Part shown: positions 37,373-48,013 of the stretch, in pieces | Layout: every line of letters starts with the position of its first letter | Numbering within the stretch: position 1 is the first letter of the stretch | Assembly (NCBI GenBank): GCA_963422395.1 | Contig: OY729431.1 | Coordinates: 2,080,001-2,144,000 of the forward strand | Source: Vicinamibacteria bacterium | GTDB taxonomy: Bacteria > Acidobacteriota > Vicinamibacteria > Marinacidobacterales > Marinacidobacteraceae | Length of the DNA stretch: 64,000 nt | Direction of reading: 5' to 3' | Made by a program: the position numbers and the translations under genes | The notes under the pieces: model-generated | The model's input: the letters and a program-made list of their open reading frames with translations, nothing else | Database searches by the model: none | Told to the model about the DNA's origin: nothing

Positions 37373-38001
37373 CCGTGCTGGAACCGGGCGCCGCGGTTCC
37401 CCGCCGCCGCAATCGGACGCAGGACGCCGGCGGGCAGAACCAGCGCCCTGTCGGCCGCCGCAACTTCTTCGGGGGCGTGGGAAATCCACAGAACCGAAGC
37501 GCAGCGCGCCTTCCGGTAGCGTTCGATGCGGCGGACGACGAGCTCGCGGTTCTCCGGGTCGAGGTTCGCGGTGGGTTCGTCGAGAAGAAGCACCCGCGGA
37601 GCCCGGGCGAGAAGCCGCAGCAGCGCGAGGCGCGCCCGCTCACCGGTGGAGAGCAGCGCCGGATCGGCGCCCAGGACCTTCGGCTCGAGGCGCAGCGAAG
37701 CGAGTTCCTCTCCGGAGGGGACGGCGTCCTCCGGAAAATGTCCGGCCACCGTGGCGTTCCAAAAACGCGGCTCTGCCGGGAGCATCCCGGCGAGCCGGCG
37801 CCACGCGGGCGCCGCCATCGAGGCCGCGGACCTGCCCGACCAGGACACCTCGCCTCCGTGCGAATCGAGGTCGGCGAGCGCTCGCAAGAGACGGGTCTTG
37901 CCCGAGCCGGAAGGACCGACCACCGCCAATACCCCGGCTTCGGGTATTTCGAAAGAGAGCGGAGGCAGTCCCGGAACCGTCAGCGCACGGGCAGCGAACA
38001 T
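37369..38001 (-). CDS. ABC ATPase (FetA/YbbL-like)
   Basis: GPSGSGKT, LSTGE, LLLDEPTANLD and WISH motifs. Coupled to the permease. Confidence 0.85.
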   Translation of the reverse strand: MFAARALTVPGLPPLSFEIPEAGVLAVVGPSGSGKTRLLRALADLDSHGGEVSWSGRSAASMAAPAWRRLAGMLPAEPRFWNATVAGHFPEDAVPSGEELASLRLEPKVLGADPALLSTGERARLALLRLLARAPRVLLLDEPTANLDPENRELVVRRIERYRKARCASVLWISHAPEEVAAADRALVLPAGVLRPIAAAGNRGARFQHG

Positions 38002-38290
38002 CCGCCAATTCTGCTGCGTCCGGGCCCCGATTTTCGGCGAAACCGGTCCCGGTCCTCCGAAGCCTCGACCGCTCGCACGCGAAGCGGTTTCCGCCGCCCG
38101 CGCCGACTCTGCCACAATGGGCGGGCGGCGCGGCGCCGAGCCCGGCGGGCGGAAGTCGGCCCGCGCACCATCACCAGGCGGAGTTCGACGACAGAGAAAT
38201 CGGTTTCCGGACTCGCAGACCACGCACGGGCGCGCTTCCCGAGATTTCACCTTCCCGAGGGTCTCGCAGCACCGGCGCCTGGAGGAACAG

Positions 38291-39202
38291 GTGATCTCGG
38301 CGGCGGCTCCACCCGTAGCAACCCTGGCGCGGTGCGCAGCGGCGGGAGTTCTCGCCGGGCTCGCCAGCCTCTTTCCGGGGGTCAGCGCGGGCACGATGAT
38401 CCTCGCTGCCGGGGTGTACCCGCAACTCGTCGGCGCGATCGCGGAGATCCTCTCCGGGAAATTCCGGACGGCGCCGCTCGCCCGGCTCGGGATGACGGCC
38501 GGTTTCGCCCTCATCGCGGTGTTCGCCGTCGCTGGAGCGGCGCGGGACGCGGTGACCGCCTGGCCGCTCGGATTTCTCGCTCTCTTCCTGGGGCTGACCC
38601 TGGGAGGCGCCCCGCTCCTTTGGCGGATGGCGGAAAGCAGAAGACCCGCCTTCGTTCTGGGTGCGGTTCTGGGGGGGCTGGCGGTGATGCTGACGGTGTT
38701 CGCCGCGAACCCGATCCCCCCGGAGACTGCAGAATCCCCGGTCGGCTGGCCGGCGCTCGCCGCCGCGGGGGTGATCTCCGCCTTCGCCATGGTCCTGCCT
38801 GGAATCAGCGGCAGCACCCTCCTCCTGTCGATGGGCATGTACCTGCCGTTTCTGAACGCGGTGGACCGCGTGACCGACGCGCTCACGCTCCGCCCGTGGG
38901 ACCCGCAGGCGATCGGTGCAGCACTGGTGGCGCTCGCCCCATTCCTCATCGGCGCCGCGATCGGCATCGCCGCTGCCTCCCGGCTCATGCGATACTTCCT
39001 CGCGGAGCGTCGGCAGGCGACCCTCGGCGCGCTTTTCGGCCTGCTTCTGGGCGCCTCGGCAGCCCTCTGGCCGTTCCAGAGCCTCGCCGGGGTCCTCTTC
39101 CTGCCGACTGCCGGGCAGGCCGCAGTCGCCGCCGCTGCGGTCGGCGCCGGCTTCGCGTTCACCTTTTTCCTCGGCAGCGGCAGCCGAACGGGCGGCCGCT
39201 GA
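38291..39202 (+). CDS. DUF368 membrane protein
   Basis: GGAGG RBS plus GTG. Duplicated PGVSAGT / PGISGS motifs and multiple TM helices. Confidence 0.8.
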   Translation: MISAAAPPVATLARCAAAGVLAGLASLFPGVSAGTMILAAGVYPQLVGAIAEILSGKFRTAPLARLGMTAGFALIAVFAVAGAARDAVTAWPLGFLALFLGLTLGGAPLLWRMAESRRPAFVLGAVLGGLAVMLTVFAANPIPPETAESPVGWPALAAAGVISAFAMVLPGISGSTLLLSMGMYLPFLNAVDRVTDALTLRPWDPQAIGAALVALAPFLIGAAIGIAAASRLMRYFLAERRQATLGALFGLLLGASAALWPFQSLAGVLFLPTAGQAAVAAAAVGAGFAFTFFLGSGSRTGGR

Positions 39203-39233
39203 TCCCGATCCAGCCCCGAGAAAGGACCCCGAA

Positions 39234-40733
39234 GTGCCAGCAGTCCAAAACGCCACCAGCACCTTCCTGACGACTGGCCAGCCGCTCTTCGGCAAGGCGC
39301 GGGGGCGGGTCGCCGACCTGTCCCCCGAAACGGTGGCCTTCGGCCGCCGCGAGATCGAGCTCGCAGAACACGAGATGCCGGGACTGATCGCGCTCCGGGA
39401 GCGTCATTCCGGAACGCGGCCGCTGGCGGGCGCCCGCATCACCGGATCGCTCCACATGACGATCCAGACTGCGGTGCTCATCGAGACCCTCCTCGACCTC
39501 GGGGCCGAGGTCCGGTGGGCGAGCTGCAACATCTACTCGACGCAGGACCACGCGGCCGCCGCGGTGCTCGCCGGCCGCGGCGGGGATGCGGGAGATCCAC
39601 GCGGCCCCGCGGTCTTCGCCTGGAAGGGAGAGACCCTCGCCGAGTACTGGTGGTGTGCGGCGCAGGCGTTCGACTGGCCGGACGGGCGCGGTCCGAACCT
39701 GATTCTCGACGACGGCGGGGACGCGACCCTGCTGGTCCACTGGGGGCTCGAGTGCGAGCGGGCTGAGGCGGTTCCGACGCCGGAGTCGGCGAAGAACGAA
39801 GAACTCGCGGTCGTCCAGGCGCTGCTCGGCGCCATCGCCGCCGAGCGCCCCGGCTGGTTCGGGGAACTCGCGAGGGGCATCACCGGCGTGACCGAGGAGA
39901 CCACGACCGGAGTCCACCGGCTGGAACGGAGATTCCGCGAGGGATCGCTCCTCTTCCCCGCGATCGATGTCAACGATTCGGTCACGAAGAGCAAGTTCGA
40001 CAATGTGTACGGCATCCGCCACTCCCTGGTGGACGGGATCATGCGCGGCACCGATGTGATGTTGAGCGGCAAGCTGGCCGCAGTGCTCGGCTACGGCGAG
40101 GTCGGCAAAGGCGCGGCGCAGTCGCTCGCCGGGCAGAAGTGCCGGGTGGTCATAACCGAGGTGGATCCGATCTGCGCCTTGCAGGCGCTCATGGATGGGT
40201 TTCAGGTGGTTCGAATCGAGGATGTGGTCGCGGAGGCCGATCTCTTCGTGACCGCCACCGGGAATGTGCGGGTGATCGGCGTCGAACACCTACGGCGGAT
40301 GAAACACAACGCGATCGTCGGCAATGTGGGGCACTTCGACAACGAGATCGACATGGCCGGCCTCGCCGCCGAGCCGGGCATCCGCCGACGGAACATCAAG
40401 CCGCAAGTGGATGCCTGGATCTTCGAGGACGGGCGCCAGCTCCTCGTGCTCTCCGATGGCCGGCTGCTGAATCTCGGCAATGCCACCGGCCATCCCAGCT
40501 TCGTGATGAGTTCCAGTTTCTCGAACCAGGTCCTCGCCCAGATCGAGCTGCATCAGCGCCCCGAGCTCTATCCGCTCGGCGTCCATGTGCTGCCGAAGCA
40601 TCTCGACGAGGAGGTCGCCCGCCTCCACCTCGACAAACTCGGAGCGCGGCTCACGAGGTTGACGCCGGAGCAGTCCGAATACCTCGGCGTCCCGGTGGAC
40701 GGCCCCTACAAGTCCGACAAGTACCGGTACTGA
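39234..40733 (+). CDS. ahcY: Adenosylhomocysteinase
   Basis: [54 protein letters not shown] and [10 protein letters not shown] motifs. Confidence 0.97.
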   Translation: MPAVQNATSTFLTTGQPLFGKARGRVADLSPETVAFGRREIELAEHEMPGLIALRERHSGTRPLAGARITGSLHMTIQTAVLIETLLDLGAEVRWASCNIYSTQDHAAAAVLAGRGGDAGDPRGPAVFAWKGETLAEYWWCAAQAFDWPDGRGPNLILDDGGDATLLVHWGLECERAEAVPTPESAKNEELAVVQALLGAIAAERPGWFGELARGITGVTEETTTGVHRLERRFREGSLLFPAIDVNDSVTKSKFDNVYGIRHSLVDGIMRGTDVMLSGKLAAVLGYGEVGKGAAQSLAGQKCRVVITEVDPICALQALMDGFQVVRIEDVVAEADLFVTATGNVRVIGVEHLRRMKHNAIVGNVGHFDNEIDMAGLAAEPGIRRRNIKPQVDAWIFEDGRQLLVLSDGRLLNLGNATGHPSFVMSSSFSNQVLAQIELHQRPELYPLGVHVLPKHLDEEVARLHLDKLGARLTRLTPEQSEYLGVPVDGPYKSDKYRY

Positions 40734-41872
40734 TGGACGAACCGGCGGGACGCGCCGGCGCATCCGGCCCGGCAGACCCCGTGCGGGCTGCCGTCGTCGT
40801 GCTCTCGACGGTGGTCCTGCTCGGCGCCGCCTTCGGAATCGTCTGGCTGCTCTTCCGGTTCGTCGATGCCTTCTCGCCGGTGATCCTGCCGCTCGCAGTG
40901 GGCGGGCTCGCCGCGCTGGTGTTCAAGCCGTGGTTCCACGCCTTCCGGGCCCGCCTCCGGCTCCCTCCCTGGGCGGCGCTCATCGCCGTGAACCTGTCGG
41001 TGGCGGCCGTCCTCACCGGATTCTCCATCGCTTTCGGACGCCTCCTCGCCACGCAGCTGGGCGAGCTCGCCCAGCGCACTCCCGCTTCCCTGGAAGGCGC
41101 CTATGCCTGGGTCGTGGCCGAAACCCCGTCCTTCGTGGACTTCTTCGAGAACCACCCGGTCGGACAGCAACTCCGCGATTTCGCCCTGAGCCAGCGGGCG
41201 ACGCTGCTGCAGGGGCTCGCGCACATCGGCGAACAGGCGGTGGCAGCGAGCGCCGGGATCCTCCGCGGGCTCGGCGCTCTGCTGTCGTGGGCCGTCCTCC
41301 CGGTGTATTTCGGTTTCTTCCTGGTCTGGGATCCATCCCCTGCCGACCCTGCGCGCCTGCTTCCCTTCCTGAAGCCCCGGACTCGGGACACCGTGGTGCG
41401 TCTCGCGAGCGAATTCACGCGCATCCTGGTCGTGTTCTTCCGGGCCCAGTTGGTGGTGGCGTTTCTCCAGGGCCTGATACTCGCGATCGGGTTCACGACG
41501 ATCGGCCTCGACTACGGGTTCGTCATCGGACTGGGCCTGGGCCTGCTGACGATCATTCCCTATCTCGGGACCGCGGTGGGATTTGCAGTCGCAGCACCGC
41601 TCGCCTGGCTCCAGGACGGGGGCGGCCTGGGGCTCGCCGCGCTCACCGTCGGAGTTCTGGCCGCGGTCCAGCTCATCGAGAGCTGGTTCCTGACTCCGAA
41701 GATCATGGGAGGCCAGACCGGACTGCACTGGATGGCGATCCTCGTCGCCGTGCTTTTTTGGGGAAGCGCCCTCGGAGGGTTCACTGGAACCCTGCTCGCG
41801 ATTCCACTGACCGCTTTCGCGGCTTCCGCATGGCGGCTGATCCGCGAGCGCTACCTCGTGGAGGTCGTGTAG
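40733..41872 (+). CDS. AI-2E family transporter
   Basis: Hydrophobic protein with IPYLG, QLIESWFLTPKIMG, GLH and G.LLAIPLTA motifs. TGATG coupling to ahcY. Confidence 0.85.
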   Translation: MDEPAGRAGASGPADPVRAAVVVLSTVVLLGAAFGIVWLLFRFVDAFSPVILPLAVGGLAALVFKPWFHAFRARLRLPPWAALIAVNLSVAAVLTGFSIAFGRLLATQLGELAQRTPASLEGAYAWVVAETPSFVDFFENHPVGQQLRDFALSQRATLLQGLAHIGEQAVAASAGILRGLGALLSWAVLPVYFGFFLVWDPSPADPARLLPFLKPRTRDTVVRLASEFTRILVVFFRAQLVVAFLQGLILAIGFTTIGLDYGFVIGLGLGLLTIIPYLGTAVGFAVAAPLAWLQDGGGLGLAALTVGVLAAVQLIESWFLTPKIMGGQTGLHWMAILVAVLFWGSALGGFTGTLLAIPLTAFAASAWRLIRERYLVEVV

Positions 41873-41912
41873 GAAGGAGGGGCCGGCCCGAGCGGCGGGA
41901 GAGATCTCCGGT

Positions 41913-43268
41913 TCAGCCGAGAACTTCCCTGAGGGCGCCGGCGACCGCGTCCGCGATCTGCTCCAGATCGTCCGTGGTCGAGCACACCGGCGGAGCGCAG
42001 ACGAAGACTTCGCCGCGCATCCGGCTGAACACGCCGCGGTCGTCGATCGCTCGGAGCAGGCGGGGCCCCACCTTTTCGCTCGCCGGAAACAGCGTCCGGC
42101 TCTCACGGTCGGCGACGATCTCGACCCCCGCCATGAGCCCCTTCCCGCGCACCTCGCCGACATGGGGGTGTCCGGCCACTGCCCGGTGGAGGGTTTCGAG
42201 CAGCACCGCGCCCTTCTCGGCAGCTCGGGCAACGAGACCTTCGGCTTCGATGATGCGGAGGGTCTCGAGCGCGACGGCACAGGACACCGGATGGGCGCTA
42301 TAGGTGTACGCGTGCATCCAGACCGGACTTCCACCGTCCCCTCCGCCGTCCAGGGTTTCGGCTACCCGGTCCGAGAGCCCGATCCCCCCGAGCGGGATAT
42401 AGCCCGAGGTGATGCCCTTGGCGAACTGCATGATGTCCGGCTCGATCCCCCAGTGGGTGAGACCGAACATCGAGCCGGTGCGTCCGAATCCGGTGATGAC
42501 TTCGTCGGAGACGAGGAGCACTTCGTACCGATCGCAGATCTCGCGAATCCGGGGGAAGTAGTCGTCGGTGGGGACGATCACTCCCCCCGCCCCCTGGACC
42601 GGCTCGGCGAGGAACATGGCTACGGTGTCCGCGCCTTCCTCGAGAATCGCCGCTTCGAGTTCGTCGGCGGCGGCCTCGCCGCGGGTCTTGCCCGGGAGCG
42701 GATCGTAGAAATACGGATAGGGAGAACCGATGTGCCGGAAGCCCGGAATCCGGGGCTCGAACATGGGCCAGTAGGCGCTGATCCCGGTGGCGCACATCGC
42801 CGCCAGGGTGACCCCGTGGTAACCCCAGATCCGGGAGATGACCTTGGTTTTCTGGGGCTTGCCCTGGACTTTCCAGTAGTAGCGGGCGGTCTTGATGCTG
42901 GAATCGGTGGATTCTCCGCCGCCGGAAGTGAGGAAGAATCGGTTGATGCCGGGATAGGCGATTTCTGCCAGTTTGGCAGCGAGCGCGATCGCCTGGCGGT
43001 TCGAACTGCCCGCATAGCCCGAGGCATAGGCGAGCTCGCGCATCTGGTCGGCCGCCGCCTGCGCCAGTTCGGTGCGCCCGTGTCCGAGGAACACATTCCA
43101 GAGACCGGAAAGGCCGTCCACATATTCCTTCCCGTCGGCATCGAAGAGCCGGGCCCCTTCGCCGCGGACCCAGACATGACCGCCGGCGACCACCTGTTTG
43201 CTGTGGATGGGGTGGATCAGGTGCTCGGCATCGCGCTCGAGCAGGCCCGCTTTGCCGATTTCGGACAT
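41913..43268 (-). CDS. Class III PLP aminotransferase
   Basis: GEGARLFD.DGKEYVDG, YHG, EPVQGAGG, DEVITGFGRTG, AKGITSGY and VRGKGLM motifs. Confidence 0.92.
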   Translation of the reverse strand: MSEIGKAGLLERDAEHLIHPIHSKQVVAGGHVWVRGEGARLFDADGKEYVDGLSGLWNVFLGHGRTELAQAAADQMRELAYASGYAGSSNRQAIALAAKLAEIAYPGINRFFLTSGGGESTDSSIKTARYYWKVQGKPQKTKVISRIWGYHGVTLAAMCATGISAYWPMFEPRIPGFRHIGSPYPYFYDPLPGKTRGEAAADELEAAILEEGADTVAMFLAEPVQGAGGVIVPTDDYFPRIREICDRYEVLLVSDEVITGFGRTGSMFGLTHWGIEPDIMQFAKGITSGYIPLGGIGLSDRVAETLDGGGDGGSPVWMHAYTYSAHPVSCAVALETLRIIEAEGLVARAAEKGAVLLETLHRAVAGHPHVGEVRGKGLMAGVEIVADRESRTLFPASEKVGPRLLRAIDDRGVFSRMRGEVFVCAPPVCSTTDDLEQIADAVAGALREVLG

Positions 43269-43281
43269 TCGCCTTCCTGTT

Positions 43282-44298
43282 TCAGGAGCCGACCCGGCGC
43301 CCCGCCGCCCGATGGCCGACGGCGAGGGCCTCCGGCGAAGTCACGATGAAAACGCGGAATCCCTGCTCGATCCGGGCGGCGATGTCCTCCGGTCCGGCAG
43401 TGATCCCGCAAGGTACCCGGACCTGCTGGCAGGCCGAGAGCACGGTCTGGATGGCCGCTTCCACGGCGTCCCGGTCTCCGCCGTAGGCGCGGCGCAGGTC
43501 GCCGGGTCCGGGGAAGGCCACGCTCACCCCCGGCACGCTCACGATTTCCAGGGCATTCGCGACCCCGACCCGGTCCTCGATGAGCACCATGCTGATCAGT
43601 TCACCCGAGCCGGCGAGGGGCCAGACATCGGCGTGCGCCGCGTAGTCCTCGGCGGACACTCCGAAGACGCGAGCCGCCTCGGGGTCGAAATCGCCCCGCA
43701 GTCCGCCCACTCTCCGAGGCCGCATGGAGGCCACGGCGTACTCCGCTTCGGCAGCGGTTTCCACATGCGGGAAGACGATGGCGTAGGCGCCGGCATCGAG
43801 TCCCGCGGCACTCCGTTCCGCCGCCTGTTCGCGTCCGTCCCGGAGGGGCGGAATCCGCAGCGCGAGGGGATGCGGGTTGGCCGGTCCCCTGCCCTCCGCG
43901 GGAGAGAGCGCCTCTTGGTAGGCAGCCATTTCCGGAATATCGAACGGGCCGGTTTCCATGGAGTAGAAGACGAAGTCGGCCAGGCTCTGCCGTGCCATCT
44001 CCCTGGCGGTCTCGGGCGTCTTCTCCCCGGAGAAGATGCCGAACACGACCTGCCCGTCGGCGAGCAGCGAAGCGATCCGGTTCCATTCGGGACCGGTCGA
44101 AGTTTCCCCGATCGAGGTTCCCCCGGCCGAGGTTCCCCCGGCCGGCGACTCTTCCTCCGGGGCCGCCGCGGCCGCCTTGCGATCTCCCCCCGGAGCGGCG
44201 CCGAAGAGAACTCCCGAAGTCAGGATCAGCACGAGTCCGAGGACCCCGAGCAGCGGCGCTGCCTCGGACAGCGGAGGGAGAAACGACGGATTCCTCAT
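43282..44298 (-). CDS. HpcH/HpaI aldolase/citrate lyase family protein with N-terminal signal
   Basis: LDAGAYAIVFPHVET, LIED..GV.N..EI and GPGDL motifs. Confidence 0.8.
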   Translation of the reverse strand: MRNPSFLPPLSEAAPLLGVLGLVLILTSGVLFGAAPGGDRKAAAAAPEEESPAGGTSAGGTSIGETSTGPEWNRIASLLADGQVVFGIFSGEKTPETAREMARQSLADFVFYSMETGPFDIPEMAAYQEALSPAEGRGPANPHPLALRIPPLRDGREQAAERSAAGLDAGAYAIVFPHVETAAEAEYAVASMRPRRVGGLRGDFDPEAARVFGVSAEDYAAHADVWPLAGSGELISMVLIEDRVGVANALEIVSVPGVSVAFPGPGDLRRAYGGDRDAVEAAIQTVLSACQQVRVPCGITAGPEDIAARIEQGFRVFIVTSPEALAVGHRAAGRRVGS

Positions 44299-44417
44299 GG
44301 AGAGGTCGGCTATCCTAATGGTTGGGGGGCGGAAGGTCCCGCTCCTGCAGTATCCGCCGCGCTCCCGGTTCTCTCCGAAGGTTCCGGGCGCCTCGACAGC
44401 ACCGAGGAATTCCTCCC

Positions 44418-44918
44418 ATGTCCACCGTCACTCTGGGCGGCGCTCCCTTCGCGATCTCGGGCGAAATCCCGCGCGTCGGGAACGCCGCTCCCGAATTCAC
44501 CCTCACCGGGAGCGATCTCGGCGAGGTGTCGCTCGCCGACTACGCCCGAAGGAAATTGGTCCTCAACATCTTTCCGAGCGTGGACACTCCGGTATGCGCC
44601 GCGTCGGTGCGGCGCTTCAACGAAGCTGCCGCCGGCCTCGAAGAGGTCTCGGTCCTTTGCGTCTCGCGCGACCTTCCGTTCGCCCAGAGCCGTTTTTGCG
44701 CGGCCGAGAACATCGAGGGAGTCGCCTGCGCCTCCGAGATGCGCGACCACGCCTTCGGCGAGGCCTACGGCCTCCGCATCACCGAAGGGCCCTTGGCCGG
44801 CCTCTTCGCCCGGGCGGTCGTGGTGGTGGACGGCGACGGAACGGTCCTCCACTCCCAGCTCGTTCCCAAGATCGAGGACGAACCCGATTACGACGCCGTA
44901 CTGGCGGTCTGCGCCTGA
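44418..44918 (+). CDS. tpx: Thiol peroxidase
   Basis: GAGG RBS. NIFPSVDTPVC, SRDLPFAQSRFC and EPDYD motifs. Confidence 0.95.
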   Translation: MSTVTLGGAPFAISGEIPRVGNAAPEFTLTGSDLGEVSLADYARRKLVLNIFPSVDTPVCAASVRRFNEAAAGLEEVSVLCVSRDLPFAQSRFCAAENIEGVACASEMRDHAFGEAYGLRITEGPLAGLFARAVVVVDGDGTVLHSQLVPKIEDEPDYDAVLAVCA

Positions 44919-45013
44919 TCTGCCCTCCGAGCGGCCCCCGCTCCCGAGCAGAAGGTTCCGGGTTGGATTCCGGTCGGGGACCCTCGACCGGGAGCCCCTC
45001 GCTACTCGGCAAT

Positions 45014-45038
45014 GCCGTGTGACTTCGTCCACGGGCTG
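45014..45038 (+). mobile_element. Solo right end of MITE family A
   Basis: GCCGTGTGACTTCGTCCACGGGCTG followed by CTAG; one mismatch to 54807-54831. Confidence 0.75.
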
Positions 45039-45084
45039 CTAGAATTCAGGTGTCGCTTCTTCGTGCGCCCACCCATCTGAGATC

Positions 45085-45756
45085 TTGACCGAAGCGCAGG
45101 AAGGGATCGACGATTCGGCGTCGGCAACGGACCGGAAATCGACCCGCGACGCTGTGCCCGAGAGGGATTTCGAGCAAGGCGAACTGGTTTTCTACCCCCA
45201 GATCGGCCATTGCGATGTGGGAGAAGTGATCAGCGACGATCATACGGGCCTCGACCTGCTCGAACTCACTCCGCAGGAATTCGAGGCTGGCAATCGCATC
45301 CTGGTCCCCTTGGGCCATCTGGCGAACCGAGGCATCCGGCGGGCGGGCGATACCCCGGGGATGATCGAAGAGATTCTCGGCTCCGACTTCGAGCCGACCA
45401 TCGAAGACGCCGCCGAGCGGCTGGATCTGATCACCGCGCAGGAGCGGGAAGGGACCGTCGGGAGCCTCGCTCTGGCCCTGAAGCGGCTTCACCTGCGCCA
45501 CGAGATGAAGACCATCAGCCGTGACGAAGAAAAGCGCCGGGCCCGCATCCGCAAGTGGCTGGTGGTGGAATACATGACCGAGAAGCAGGGAACCCCCGGA
45601 CAGGCACAAGCAGCGATCACTCGCCTCCTGGCCCGGACCATGAACGCCGTCCGGGAGCGGGAGCGGGAAGCGGCGCGCGAGCAGCGTCGCAAGGAACGGG
45701 CCGAGCGCAAGGCCGAGGCGGAACGCCGCACCCGCCGCCGGCAAGGCCGGAACTGA
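45085..45756 (+). CDS. CarD-like transcription factor
   Basis: FEQGELVFYPQIG..V and ILVP....GIR resemble the CarD/TRCF RNAP-interacting domain. Helical C-domain and a charged tail. Confidence 0.6.
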   Translation: MTEAQEGIDDSASATDRKSTRDAVPERDFEQGELVFYPQIGHCDVGEVISDDHTGLDLLELTPQEFEAGNRILVPLGHLANRGIRRAGDTPGMIEEILGSDFEPTIEDAAERLDLITAQEREGTVGSLALALKRLHLRHEMKTISRDEEKRRARIRKWLVVEYMTEKQGTPGQAQAAITRLLARTMNAVREREREAAREQRRKERAERKAEAERRTRRRQGRN

Positions 45757-45824
45757 GCAGGCGGCGAAGCGCCGGTCGCCGCGACTGCCGGAAGCCATCG
45801 GCTGCCAGGCCGCCGCGGACAGAA

Positions 45825-47480
45825 ATGTCGAGCCGCTCGCTCTTCGCCCCGCCGCCGACCCCGCCTCTCGCGGCCCCCGAAGCTTCGCCGCCAGCGCCTG
45901 CTCCACAGGCGATTTCCGTTCCAGCGAAGCCGCGGATCGAGCGAAATCCCGTTCTCCGCACCGGCTCGGCCGAATCCCCCTATACGGTGGCCGGACTCAG
46001 TGAGCAGGTGCGGGAGATTCTCCAAGACGGATTCCCGAGGAGCCTGTGGCTCGAAGGGGAAGTGTCCCAGGCCACCGAGCGAAACGGCCACTGGTACCTG
46101 ACTTTCCGCGAAGAGAAGTCCGTTCTCGAAGCCGTCGCCTGGGCGAGTGATGCCCGGCACTTCCGCTTCGAGCCCCGGCAAGGCGACCGGGTGCGGACTC
46201 TCGGCCGGCTGCGCGCCTATGCGGGGAGGAGCCGCTACCAGCTGCAGATCCGACAGCTGGAACGCGCCGGCATCGGCTTGCTGCTGCAAGAGCTCGTCGA
46301 ACGCGAAAAGCGTCTGGAAGCCGAAGGGCTCTTCGACGACGCGCTGAAGCGCAGAGTCCCCTACCTGCCGCTCCGGATCGGCCTGCTGACTTCGGTGGGG
46401 AGCGACGCCTGGGCGGACTTCATGAAGGCCGCCCGCACCCGTTTCCCCGGCGTGCTGATCCGCGAACACGACACCCCGGTCCAGGGAGAGCGGGCACCCG
46501 CAGCGCTGGCCGCCGGGATCCACACCCTCGGTCGGGAACGCCTCGATGTGATCGTCGTCGCGCGCGGCGGCGGATCGGTCGAGGACCTCCTCCCCTTCAG
46601 CGACGAAGCGGTGGTGCGCGCCGCGGCAGCCTGCCCGGTCCCGCTCGTGAGTGCGATCGGCCACGAACAGGATCGCCCCCTGCTCGATCGGGCCGCCGAC
46701 CGCCGCGTCAGCACGCCCTCGGCGGCGGCGAGGGAGCTTCTTCCCGAGCGAAGCGAGCTGCTCCGTGAAATCGCCGAGCACCGGAGAGAATCCGGGTTCT
46801 CGGCTCGTCAGCGGATCACCGCCGCCAGGCAGCGCCGCAATGCGTTTTCGACCCATCGCGTGATGGCGGCGCTCCCCGCCTGGATACTGGGTGAAACTCG
46901 AAACCGCGCCCTCGATCGTACCGGGGCGCAGCACTGCGCTCACGGTGCGCTGCGGCGGCGCGGGGAGCGCCTCGGCCGCATCCTCCTGCGCATCGAGAAG
47001 AACCACCCGCAGCGGTGGCTCGCGGACCAGCGCACCCAGCTCGGCACGATCAGCGGCCGCCTGGCCGGGCTGTCCCCCTGCAGGGGACCGGAAGCGCGTC
47101 TCGCGGCGCTCCGACCCCGGATCGCGGCCGAGCCGCTTCGTCACTCGGTAGGCTCGCTGAGCGCAGCCGTGGAGGCCGACCGGGCCGGCTTCCGCCGCGC
47201 CGCCGCAGGAAGGATCGAGCGCTGCTGTTCGACCGTCCGCGCTTTGCGCGGCCAGCTCGACGCGCTCGATCCGCGCGCGGTGCTGCAGCGCGGTTACAGT
47301 CTCGTGCTCGATTCCGGCGGCCGGGCGGTGCTCTCCCCTGCGCAGGTCTCGATCGGCGACCGTTTGCGCCTGCTGCTCGGCGAGGGAGAGCTGGGCGCCA
47401 CGGTCGAGAGTATCCGCCGCGAGTCCACGACGGATGGAGCCGGGGCCCCGCCCCGCGAACCGGAGGAAGAGCACCCGTGA
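45825..47480 (+). CDS. xseA: Exodeoxyribonuclease VII large subunit
   Basis: WLEGEVS, GHWYLT, LEAEGLFD, VQG, VARGGGSVEDL, SAIGHEQD, TPSAAA and VLQRGYS motifs. Confidence 0.93.
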   Translation: MSSRSLFAPPPTPPLAAPEASPPAPAPQAISVPAKPRIERNPVLRTGSAESPYTVAGLSEQVREILQDGFPRSLWLEGEVSQATERNGHWYLTFREEKSVLEAVAWASDARHFRFEPRQGDRVRTLGRLRAYAGRSRYQLQIRQLERAGIGLLLQELVEREKRLEAEGLFDDALKRRVPYLPLRIGLLTSVGSDAWADFMKAARTRFPGVLIREHDTPVQGERAPAALAAGIHTLGRERLDVIVVARGGGSVEDLLPFSDEAVVRAAAACPVPLVSAIGHEQDRPLLDRAADRRVSTPSAAARELLPERSELLREIAEHRRESGFSARQRITAARQRRNAFSTHRVMAALPAWILGETRNRALDRTGAQHCAHGALRRRGERLGRILLRIEKNHPQRWLADQRTQLGTISGRLAGLSPCRGPEARLAALRPRIAAEPLRHSVGSLSAAVEADRAGFRRAAAGRIERCCSTVRALRGQLDALDPRAVLQRGYSLVLDSGGRAVLSPAQVSIGDRLRLLLGEGELGATVESIRRESTTDGAGAPPREPEEEHP

Positions 47481-48013
47481 ACGAACACTCCGCTGCCCCC
47501 ACGGAAGCCGACCCCAGCACAAACGCCAGCACAAACGCTGGTCGGGAGCAGACCTTCGAGACGATCGAGGCACAGCTCGAAGCGATCACCGAGAAGCTCG
47601 AGGAGCCGACCGTGCCTCTCGAGGAAAGGCTTCGGTTGCACGCCCGGGCCGTCCGGCTGCACGCAACGCTCGAAGGGAAACTCGACGCCGCCGAGAAGGC
47701 GATCCAGGCGGCAGAGAAGGCCGCCGTCCCGGCCGAGCCGGACGGCGAGCCCTATGAGGCGGTTCGCGACCGGCTGGCCGAGATCGTGAACGCACTCGAA
47801 AACGAGGAACTGCCGCTCGACCGGGTCGTTGCGCTCCATCTCCAGGCAGGCCAGCTGGCGGCGCGGTGCGAAACCATTCTGAAGACCGCCCGGACGCAGC
47901 TCGATGCAGTTGCCGAGCCGCCCTCCGACGGCTCCGAGGAGCCGGATCCGGCCCCCGTCCCTCGCGCGGACCCAGGCTCGGCCGAAGAGTGGGACGATCC
48001 ACCGCCCTTCTAA
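47477..48013 (+). CDS. xseB: Exodeoxyribonuclease VII small subunit, two tandem domains
   Basis: GGAGG RBS and GTGA overlap with xseA. Two copies of the F/YE....L..I...LE....PLE/D pattern. Confidence 0.75.
   Translation: MNEHSAAPTEADPSTNASTNAGREQTFETIEAQLEAITEKLEEPTVPLEERLRLHARAVRLHATLEGKLDAAEKAIQAAEKAAVPAEPDGEPYEAVRDRLAEIVNALENEELPLDRVVALHLQAGQLAARCETILKTARTQLDAVAEPPSDGSEEPDPAPVPRADPGSAEEWDDPPPF

Noticed and set aside
38005-39233. SAH or SAM riboswitch ahead of DUF368/ahcY
   Set aside because: No consensus motif recognised by eye; an Rfam scan would settle it.
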